64,000 nt of DNA. Origin: Eledone cirrhosa (Eukaryota). Location: NCBI GenBank assembly GCA_964016885.1, contig OZ024742.1, forward strand, positions 7,130,001 through 7,194,000. Reading direction: 5' to 3'. Below, piece by piece: positions 1 through 10,050 of this stretch. The notes beneath the pieces were generated by a model. It was given only the letters and a program-made list of their open reading frames with translations. It ran no database searches and had not been told where the DNA came from. Each line of letters begins with the position of its first letter. Within the stretch, counting starts at the first letter, position 1. The translations under genes were made by a program, and so were the position numbers.

Positions 1-117
1 CGAGTAGGACACCGACGGTTGAGCTCAAGCCGTTTCGACGGCTAATTCTGGACTAAATCATTTAGTCCAGAATTAGCCGTCGAAACGGCTTGAGCTCAAC
101 CGTCGGTGTCCTACTCG
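1..117. repeat. Perfect palindrome: 58-bp arms (1-58 and 60-117) around a single C59; the left arm is cut by the window edge
   Basis: Checked base by base: CGAGTAGGACACC...CTGGACTAAAT-C-ATTTAGTCCAG...GGTGTCCTACTCG, no mismatches. Confidence 0.97.
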
Positions 118-201
118 TCCCTATTACCCACTCTACTACCCTAAGTATTAAGTACTTTGGTGCGTTATGGTCCACCTGGTTCCTTACCACATTTCCTTCG
201 T
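1..201. mobile_element. Probable Penelope-like element (PLE) terminal-repeat remnant in inverted arrangement, abutting a (TA)n tract
   Basis: Contains the 3' half of a hammerhead motif: CGAAA 81-85, ACGG/CCGT stem, palindromic loop TTGAGCTCAA, GTC at 102-104. Inverted terminal copies and hammerheads are established PLE features. The family assignment is inference; no RT or GIY-YIG coding sequence is present. Confidence 0.45.
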
Positions 202-248
202 TATATATATATGTATATATATATATGTGTGTGTGTAGAGAGAGAGAG
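202..248. repeat. Compound microsatellite (TA)n(TG)n(AG)n
   Basis: Seen directly. Confidence 0.95.
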
Positions 249-452
249 GTTATATTTAATTTGTTGGGATTCAACAAGCTTAAACATTTTTATAACTGAT
301 ATGAAGCACTCAACAGGTAGTGGAGTAAATACATAATATATTAATAAATGGAAACTATATTTATAAAACCATATTTATTTCATACAGGAAGCTCCAACCG
401 TTAAGGTTGTCTTTTTCCGGGTATGTCAATATTTATTTATAAAACAAATCTG

Positions 453-831
453 TATTTTATCTGATGAAAGCGAACCATAATTTGCCTTGGTTGCCCTTGA
501 AATATCTTCTATCTTCTATATATATATAAAAGCGAGGATGTGTGTGTGTCTGTGTACAACTTTGGATACCTAAGGCTTTTACAATTACCAACCGAATTTG
601 ACCAAATTTTCTGTGCACGTTTTCAAATCGACCCACGTTGAGCAATAAAAAATCGATATCAAAATTATCAATTTTGATGTAAGGGAGATAACCAACTTTA
701 TTGACAGAAATATAAACATCAGATTCATTTGAAGATAAATCACTAATATTATCGTCTGTTACTTGTTTATTCTTTGTTGCATTTCAAACCCCGGGCAACG
801 CCGGGTAAATCTGCTAGTGTATAATAAAATA
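453..831 (+). ncRNA. Type I minimal hammerhead ribozyme motif, split by a Helitron insertion (453-504 joined to 818-831); probably decayed
   Basis: Stem I TATTTTAT (453-460) pairs with ATAAAATA (824-831); core CTGATGA 461-467; stem II AAG..AACCA with TGGTT..CTT (468-498, imperfect); GAAA 499-502; stem III ATA (502-504) with TAT (820-822); cleavage triplet AUA 821-823. Confidence 0.7.
505..817 (+). mobile_element. Non-autonomous Helitron (313 bp)
   Basis: 5' TC start (TCTTCTATCTTCTATATATATATAAAAG; alternative start at 512); 3' CTAG at 814-817; GC-rich hairpin CCCGG-GCAACG-CCGGG at 790-805, 8 nt before CTAG; inserted between A504 and T818 with no TSD; internal (TG)n run. These are canonical Helitron hallmarks. 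Confidence 0.85.
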
Positions 832-872
832 AATATGGTTTTATAAATATAGTTTCCATTTATTAATATATT

Positions 873-1230
<358 letters not shown>

Positions 1231-1293
1231 GTGCAGTCGAGTATCTCATTAGTGAAGCATATCTCTATAGATAAGACATTATTGGCTGAGATA

Positions 1294-1461
1294 CTCACTC
1301 TCTCTCTCTCTCTCACTCTCTGTTCCTCACCATCTCACTCTTTCACTATGTTCATCTCTCTCTCTCTCTTTCACACACACATACACACTCTCTCTCTTTC
1401 GTACATACAGACACACACACACACTCTCTCTCTCTCTCTTTCGTACATACACACACACACA
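1294..1461. repeat. Compound (CT)n/(CA)n microsatellite with a duplicated TCTCTTTCGTACATAC block, running into the gap
   Basis: Seen directly; TTTCGTACATAC occurs at about 1397 and about 1439. Confidence 0.9.
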
Positions 1462-1661
1462 NNNNNNNNNNNNNNNNNNNNNNNNNNNNNNNNNNNNNNN
1501 NNNNNNNNNNNNNNNNNNNNNNNNNNNNNNNNNNNNNNNNNNNNNNNNNNNNNNNNNNNNNNNNNNNNNNNNNNNNNNNNNNNNNNNNNNNNNNNNNNNN
1601 NNNNNNNNNNNNNNNNNNNNNNNNNNNNNNNNNNNNNNNNNNNNNNNNNNNNNNNNNNNNN
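1462..1661. other. Assembly gap of exactly 200 N (placeholder; true size unknown)
   Basis: N run from 1462 to 1661. The round length suggests a scaffolding join. Confidence 0.98.
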
Positions 1662-1723
1662 CGTATATGTTGTTGTATTTGAAAGTTTCCTAGCAACGGT
1701 TAATTGTGATTATTATGTGTTTA

Positions 1724-1905
1724 GGGCGGTGAATTTGCAGTATCGGTGGCGGGTCGGACATGCTTTCCAGCATAGTTACGTCCCTTTACGATCTGAGTTC
1801 AAATCCTGCCGAGGTTAACTTTGCCTTTCATCCTTACGGGGTCGATAAAATAAAGTACCAGTAATGTACTGCATAATTGCTGGCCTTGTGCCTAAAATAG
1901 AAACA
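1724..1905 (+). mobile_element. tRNA-derived SINE with 12-bp target-site duplication
   Basis: TSD ATTATGTGTTTA at 1712-1723 and 1906-1917; A-box-like TTGCAGTATCGG 1735-1746; B box GTTCAAATC 1797-1805; central block TTTGCCTTTCATCCTTACGGGGTCGATAAAATAAAGTACCAG like the conserved core of several metazoan SINEs; 3' GGCCTTGTGCCTAAAATAGAAA. It resembles an abundant octopus SINE as I recall it (unverified). Confidence 0.85.
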
Positions 1906-2523
1906 ATTATGTGTTTATGTTTGTGTTTATATTTTCAGTCTGAAAGAGGATTGTGAACAATTTGTAATGTTATTAATACAACTGTGAATATAATTATTTT
2001 ACTCTTTGGTATATGTCTGTATGATTTTTAAATACGTACATGCTATTATTTCATATGAAATAATATTAATGCTTTCTTTTGCATAATATAATAAAATATA
2101 TAGTTAAATATATATCATTTTATTTGAGGATTGAGGTCATATATCATGTTGTATATTCACAAACAACTGTTCTGTTAAATATGGATTTCATATATTATGT
2201 ATGAACTAATATCACATCAGCGAAAATTGTCAAAGTTACGCTTCTTCTTCGGGCAATATTCAGTGGAATTATACAAATATTGCCGTTGTTGTCAGACAAT
2301 AAATATCCAGGAATTAAGTACACCTTGGAGGTAAAGGAAAACTTAAGACGATTTATAAAATGTGATCAAATTACCAGTAATGGAGGATATAGGTAGGACA
2401 TCGGAACTGTAAATATCCACAGCAGTAAAAGATCATTAAATCAACGGGAGAAATATTAAGAGTATATGTGATGGCATATGGCTTTAAAATTAAAAAGAAA
2501 CCCTGTTATTCAGTAATATGATT

Positions 2524-2536
2524 ATACACACACACA

Positions 2537-2635
<99 letters not shown>

Positions 2636-2663
2636 ACATACATATAAATACATTAATATACAT

Positions 2664-2730
<67 letters not shown>

Positions 2731-2782
2731 AATGTATTTATATATATATATATATATACATATTTTTTCTATCTATCTATCT
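2524..2782. repeat. Compound (CA)n/(TA)n microsatellite ending in (ATCT)3
   Basis: Seen directly. Confidence 0.95.
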
Positions 2783-2985
2783 CGGAGAAGATCACGTGAT
2801 TTTGTTTCGGTCGTGCATTTTGTCGGAATTTATTACGAGAAGCGGTAGGTTTGTTTAAGTAATTTGTTATTTGTTGTGTTTAACCCACCGCCTGTGCCAG
2901 CAGACGTTGGGTAAAATAAATTTCGCCCCTTTTTGGGGCGAAATATAATAGTTATAAGTTGTCGATAAAAAGTCGTTTAGTGAAA
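2783..2985 (+). promoter_or_regulatory. Putative promoter or 5'UTR: CpG-richer unique segment with a palindromic E-box and a 10-bp inverted repeat
   Basis: ATCACGTGAT at 2791-2800; ATTTCGCCCC-TTTTT-GGGGCGAAAT at 2920-2944; more CpG than the AT-rich 1920-2520 stretch; precedes AAAATG at 2983-2988. Function is inferred only. Confidence 0.3.
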
Positions 2986-4626
2986 ATGTACGCCATTAAT
3001 ACGACACATTCCACGTCCCCCAAGGAAAGTGATAGAGAAAAGGTCGCAGCACAACGCTGTAAGCCTTCCCTCCTCACTCCCGCAAAAGACACCGCGGAAT
3101 CAAAAGAAAAAATTGTGGAAATGGGTGAAAACCCCAAAAATAACAATAACAACACAACCAACAACAGCAACAATGACAATAACAACACAACCAACAACAG
3201 CAATAATGACAATAACAACACGACCAACAACAGCAACAGTGACAATAACAACACAACCAACAACAGCAACAATGACATTAACAACACAACCAACAACAGC
3301 AACAATGACAATAACAACACAGCCAACAACAGCAACAATGACAATAACAACACAACCAACAACAGCAACAATGTCAATAACAACACAACCAACAATATCA
3401 ACAATGACAATAACAACACAACCAACAACAGCAACAATGACAATAACAACACATCCAACAACAGCAACAGTGACAATAACAACACAACCAACAACAGCAA
3501 CAATGACAATAACAACACAACCAACAATATCAACAATGACAATAACAACACAACCAACAATATCAACAATGACAATAACAACACAACCAACAACAGCAAC
3601 AATGACAATAACAACACAACCAACAACAGCAACAGTGACAATAACAACACAACCAACAATATCAACAATGACAATAACAACACAACCAACAACAGCAACA
3701 ATGACAATAACAACACAACCAACAACAGCAACAATGACAATAACAACACAACCAACAACAGCAACAATGACAATAACAACACGACCAACAACAGCAACAA
3801 TGACAATAACAACACAACCAACAACAGCAATAATGACAATAACAACACGACCAACAACAGCAACAGTGACAATAACAACACAACCAACAACAGCAACAAT
3901 GACAATAACAACACAGCCAACAACAGCAACAATGACAATAACAACACAACCAACAACAGCAACAATGACAATAACAACACGACCAACAACGGCAATAATG
4001 ACAATAACAACACAACCAACAACAGCAACAATGACAATAACAACACAACCAACAACAGCAACAATGACAATAACAACACAACCAACAACAGCAACAATGA
4101 CAATAACAACACGACCAACAACAGCAATAATGACAATAACAACACAACCAACAACAGCAACAATGACAATAACAACACAACCAACAACAGCAACAATGAC
4201 AATAACAACACGACCAACAACAGCAATAATGACAATAACAACAAAACCAACAACAGCAACAATGACAATAACAAAACAACCAACAATATCAACAATGACA
4301 ATAACAACACAACAAACAACAGCAACAATGACAATAACAACACAACCAGCAACAGCAACAATGACAATAACAACACAACCAACAACAGCAACAATGACAA
4401 TAACAACACAACCAACAACAACAACAATGACAATAACAACACAACCAACAACAGCAACAATGACAATAACAACACAACCAACAACAGCAACAATGACAAT
4501 AACAACACAACCAACAACAGCAACAATGACAATAACAACACGACCAACAACAGCAACAATGACAGTAAAACACAACCAACAACAGCAACAATGACAATAA
4601 ATCAAAACCAACAACAGCAACAATGA
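2986..4626 (+). CDS. Possible ORF (546 aa): 51-aa unique charged N-terminus fused in frame to about 43 NNSNNDNNNTT repeats; coding status doubtful
   Basis: ATG at 2986 with A at -3; MYAINTTHSTSPKESDREKVAAQRCKPSLLTPAKDTAESKEKIVEMGENPK continues into the Asn frame of the array until 1-bp deletions near 4567 and 4600 lead to a stop. No recognisable domain or signal peptide. Confidence 0.2.
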   Translation: MYAINTTHSTSPKESDREKVAAQRCKPSLLTPAKDTAESKEKIVEMGENPKNNNNNTTNNSNNDNNNTTNNSNNDNNNTTNNSNSDNNNTTNNSNNDINNTTNNSNNDNNNTANNSNNDNNNTTNNSNNVNNNTTNNINNDNNNTTNNSNNDNNNTSNNSNSDNNNTTNNSNNDNNNTTNNINNDNNNTTNNINNDNNNTTNNSNNDNNNTTNNSNSDNNNTTNNINNDNNNTTNNSNNDNNNTTNNSNNDNNNTTNNSNNDNNNTTNNSNNDNNNTTNNSNNDNNNTTNNSNSDNNNTTNNSNNDNNNTANNSNNDNNNTTNNSNNDNNNTTNNGNNDNNNTTNNSNNDNNNTTNNSNNDNNNTTNNSNNDNNNTTNNSNNDNNNTTNNSNNDNNNTTNNSNNDNNNTTNNSNNDNNNKTNNSNNDNNKTTNNINNDNNNTTNNSNNDNNNTTSNSNNDNNNTTNNSNNDNNNTTNNNNNDNNNTTNNSNNDNNNTTNNSNNDNNNTTNNSNNDNNNTTNNSNNDSKTQPTTATMTINQNQQQQQ

Positions 4627-4869
4627 CAATAACAACACAACCAACAACAGCAACAATGAGAATAACAACACAACCAACAACAGCAACAATGACAATAACA
4701 ACACAACCAACACCAGCAACAATGACAATAACAACACAACCAAAAACAGCATCAATGAAAATAACAACACAACCAACAACAGCAAAAATGACAATAACAA
4801 CACAACCAACAACAGCAATAATGACAATAAGAACACAACCAACAACAGCAACAGTGAAAATAACAACAC

Positions 4870-7800
4870 AACCAAACAACAGCAACAATGACAATAACAA
4901 CACAACCAACAACAGCAATAATGACACTAACAACACAACTAACAACAGTAACAATGACAATAACAACACAACCAACAACAGCAATAATGACACTAACAAC
5001 ACAACCAACAACAGCAACAATGACAATAACAACACAACCAACAACAGCAACAGTGACAATAACAACACAACCAACAACAGCAACAATAACAATAACAACA
5101 CAACCAACAACAGCAACAGTGACAATAACAACACAACCAACAACTGCAACAATGACAATAACAACAAAACCAACAACAGCAATAATAACAATAACGACAC
5201 AACCAACAACAGCAACAGTGACAATAACAACACAACCAACAACAGCAACAATGACAATAACAACAAAACCAACAACAGCAATAATGACAATAACGACACA
5301 ACCAACAACAGCAACAATGACAATAACAACACAACCAACAACAGCAACAGTGACAATAACAACACAACCAACAACAGCAATAATGACAATAACAACACAA
5401 CCAACAACAGCAACAATGACAATAAAACAAAACCAACAACAGCAACAATGACAATAAAACAAAACCAACAACAGCAACAATGACAATAACAACACAACCA
5501 ACAACAGCAACAATGACAATAACAACACAACCAACACCAGCAACAATGACAATAACAACACAACCAACAACAGCATCAATGACAATAACAACACAACCAA
5601 CAACAGCAACAATGACAATAACAACACAACCAACAACAGCAATAATGACAATAAGAACACAACCAACAACAGCAACAGTGACAATAACAACACAACCAAC
5701 AACAGCAACAATGACAATAACAACACAACCAACAACAGCAACAGTGACAACAACAACACAACCAACAACAGCAACAATAACAATAACAACACAACCAACA
5801 ACAGCAACAGTGACAATAACAACACAACCAACAACAGCAACAATGACAATAACAACAAAACCAACAACAGCAATAATGACAATAACGACACAACCAACAA
5901 CCGCAACAGTGACAATAACAACACAACCAACAACAGCAATAATGACAATAACAACACAACCAACAACAGCAACAATGACAATAAAACACAACCAACAACA
6001 GCAACAATGACAATAAAACAAAACCAACAACAGCAACAATGACAATAACAACACAACCAACAACAGCAACAATGACAATAACAACACAACCAACACCAGC
6101 AACAATGACAATAACAACACAACCAACAACAGCATCAATGACAATAACAACACAACCAACAACAGCAACAATGACAATAACAACACAACCAACAACAGCA
6201 ATAATGACAATAAGAACACAACCAACAACAGCAACAGTGACAATAACAACACAACCAACAACAGCAACAATGACAATAACAACACAACCAACAACAGCAA
6301 TAATGACACTAACAACACAACCAACAACAGCAACAATGACAATAACAACACAACCAACAACAGCAACAGTGACAATAACAACACAACCAACAACAGCAAC
6401 AATAACAATAACAACACAACCAACAACAGCAACAGTGACAATAACAACACAACCAACAACAGCAACAATGACAATAACAACAAAACCAACAACAGCAATA
6501 ATGACAATAACGACACAACCAACAACCGCAACAGTGACAATAACAACACAACCAACAACAGCAATAATGACAATAACAACACAACCAACAACAGCAACAA
6601 TGACATTAACAACACAACCAACAACAGCAACAATGACAATAACAACACAACTAACAACAGCAACAATGACAATAACTACACAACCATCAATATCAACAAT
6701 GACAATAACAACACAACCAACAACAGAAACAATGACAATAACAACACAACCAACAATATCAACAATGACAATAACAACAAAACCAACAACAGCAACAATG
6801 ACAATAAAAACACAACCAACAACAGCAACAATGACAATAACAACACAACCAACAACAGCAACAATGACAATAACAACACAACCAACAACAGCAACAATGA
6901 CAATAACAACACAACCAACAACAGCAACAGTGACAATAACAACACAACCAACAACAGCAACAGTGACAATAACAACACAACCAACAACACCAATAATGAC
7001 AATAACAACACAACCAACAACAGCAACAATGACATTAACAACACAACCAACAACAGCAACAATGACAATAACAACACAACCAACAACAGCAACAATGACA
7101 ATAACGACACAACCAACAACAGCAACAGTGACAATAACAACACAACCAACAACAGCAATAATGACAATAACAACACAACCAACAACAGCAACAATGACAA
7201 TAACAACACAACCCACAATATCAACAATGACAATAACAACACAACCAACAACAGCAACAATGACAATAACAACACAACCAACAATATCAACAATGACAAT
7301 AACAACAAAACCAATAACAGCAACAATGACAATAACAACAAAACCAACAACAGCAACAATGACAATAACAACACAACCAACAACAGCAACAATGACAATA
7401 ACAACACAACCAACACCAGCAACAATGACAATAACAACACAACCAACAACAGCATCAATGACAATAACAACACAACCAACAACAGCAACAATGACAATAA
7501 CAACACAACCAACAACAGCAACAGTGACAATAACAACACAACCAAACAACAGCAACAATGACAATAACAACACAACCAACAACAGCAATAATGACACTAA
7601 CAACACAACTAACAACAGTAACAATGACAATAACAACACAACCAACAACAGCAATAATGACACTAACAACACAACCAACAACAGCAACAATGACAATAAC
7701 AACACAACCAACAACAGCAACAGTGACAATAACAACACAACCAACAACAGCAACAATAACAATAACAACACAACCAACAACAGCAACAGTGACAATAACA

Positions 7801-10050
7801 ACACAACCAACAACTGCAACAATGACAATAACAACAAAACCAACAACAGCAATAATAACAATAACGACACAACCAACAACAGCAACAGTGACAATAACAA
7901 CACAACCAACAACAGCAACAATGACAATAACAACAAAACCAACAACAGCAATAATGACAATAACGACACAACCAACAACAGCAACAATGACAATAACAAC
8001 ACAACCAACAACAGCAACAGTGACAATAACAACACAACCAACAACAGCAATAATGACAATAACAACACAACCAACAACAGCAACAATGACAATAAAACAA
8101 AACCAACAACAGCAACAATGACAATAAAACAAAACCAACAACAGCAACAATGACAATAACAACACAACCAACAACAGCAACAATGACAATAACAACACAA
8201 CCAACACCAGCAACAATGACAATAACAACACAACCAACAACAGCATCAATGACAATAACAACACAACCAACAACAGCAACAATGACAATAACAACACAAC
8301 CAACAACAGCAATAATGACAATAAGAACACAACCAACAACAGCAACAGTGACAATAACAACACAACCAACAACAGCAACAATGACAATAACAACACAACC
8401 AACAACAGCAACAGTGACAACAACAACACAACCAACAACAGCAACAATAACAATAACAACACAACCAACAACAGCAACAGTGACAATAACAACACAACCA
8501 ACAACAGCAACAATGACAATAACAACAAAACCAACAACAGCAATAATGACAATAACGACACAACCAACAACCGCAACAGTGACAATAACAACACAACCAA
8601 CAACAGCAATAATGACAATAACAACACAACCAACAACAGCAACAATGACAATAAAACACAACCAACAACAGCAACAATGACAATAAAACAAAACCAACAA
8701 CAGCAACAATGACAATAACAACACAACCAACAACAGCAACAATGACAATAACAACACAACCAACACCAGCAACAATGACAATAACAACACAACCAACAAC
8801 AGCATCAATGACAATAACAACACAACCAACAACAGCAACAATGACAATAACAACACAACCAACAACAGCAATAATGACAATAAGAACACAACCAACAACA
8901 GCAACAGTGACAATAACAACACAACCAACAACAGCAACAATGACAATAACAACACAACCAACAACAGCAATAATGACACTAACAACACAACCAACAACAG
9001 CAACAATGACAATAACAACACAACCAACAACAGCAACAGTGACAATAACAACACAACCAACAACAGCAACAATAACAATAACAACACAACCAACAACAGC
9101 AACAGTGACAATAACAACACAACCAACAACAGCAACAATGACAATAACAACAAAACCAACAACAGCAATAATGACAATAACGACACAACCAACAACCGCA
9201 ACAGTGACAATAACAACACAACCAACAACAGCAATAATGACAATAACAACACAACCAACAACAGCAACAATGACATTAACAACACAACCAACAACAGCAA
9301 CAATGACAATAACAACACAACTAACAACAGCAACAATGACAATAACTACACAACCATCAATATCAACAATGACAATAACAACACAACCAACAACAGAAAC
9401 AATGACAATAACAACACAACCAACAATATCAACAATGACAATAACAACAAAACCAACAACAGCAACAATGACAATAAAAACACAACCAACAACAGCAACA
9501 ATGACAATAACAACACAACCAACAACAGCAACAATGACAATAACAACACAACCAACAACAGCAACAATGACAATAACAACACAACCAACAACAGCAATAA
9601 TGACAATAACAACACAACCAACAACAGCAACAGTGACAATAACAACACAACCAACAACAGCAACAGTGACAATAACAACACAACCAACAACACCAATAAT
9701 GACAATAACAACACAACCAACAACAGCAACAATGACATTAACAACACAACCAACAACAGCAACAATGACAATAACAACACAACCAACAACAGCAACAATG
9801 ACAATAACGACACAACCAACAACAGCAACAGTGACAATAACAACACAACCAACAACAGCAATAATGACAATAACAACACAACCAACAACAGCAACAATGA
9901 CAATAACAACACAACCCACAATATCAACAATGACAATAACAACACAACCAACAACAGCAACAATGACAATAACAACACAACCAACAATATCAACAATGAC
10001 AATAACAACAAAACCAATAACAGCAACAATGACAATAACAACAAAACCAA
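4870..10050. repeat. Higher-order tandem duplication, period 2670 bp (2703 after a one-unit indel); internal 559-bp sub-repeat
   Basis: Matching ORF pairs 4888/7558, 5480/8150 and 6039/8709 (offset 2670); shared rare variants AACTGC, CCATCAATATC and CCCACAAT; 5480/6039 offset 559. Confidence 0.9.

Larger units (their letters stand above)
249..872. mobile_element. Second probable PLE terminal-repeat remnant (inverted partial copy plus a direct copy with hammerhead), interrupted by a Helitron and bounded by microsatellites
   Basis: 46-bp perfect inverted repeat at 335-380 and 827-872; hammerhead core at 453-504 plus 818-831; both ends run into dinucleotide tracts. Outer boundaries are approximate. 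Confidence 0.5.
335..872. repeat. 46-bp perfect inverted repeat pair (335-380 and 827-872)
   Basis: AATATATTAATAAATGGAAACTATATTTATAAAACCATATTTATTT at 335-380 is the exact reverse complement of 827-872. ATACA (382-386) also matches TGTAT (818-822) after a small indel. Confidence 0.95.

Noticed and set aside
1724-1815. Functional tRNA gene
   Set aside because: Only Pol III box remnants are present, with no cloverleaf. It is followed by a SINE core and flanked by a TSD.
1918-2100. Terminal exon of an upstream gene (TTTTCAG acceptor at 1932-1938, short frame to TGA, AATAAA at 2090-2095)
   Set aside because: Such signals are common by chance in AT-rich DNA; there is no recognisable peptide and no transcript evidence.
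2236-2300. Possible third, decayed hammerhead on the minus strand (CTGACAA...GGCAATATT/AATATTGCC stem at 2252-2284...CGAAG)
   Set aside because: The 9-bp stem is real, but both core boxes deviate (CTGACAA, GAAG) and no convincing stem I or III is present.
2920-2944. Rho-independent terminator
   Set aside because: The T run is the loop, not a tail, and the DNA is eukaryotic; retained only as an inverted repeat.
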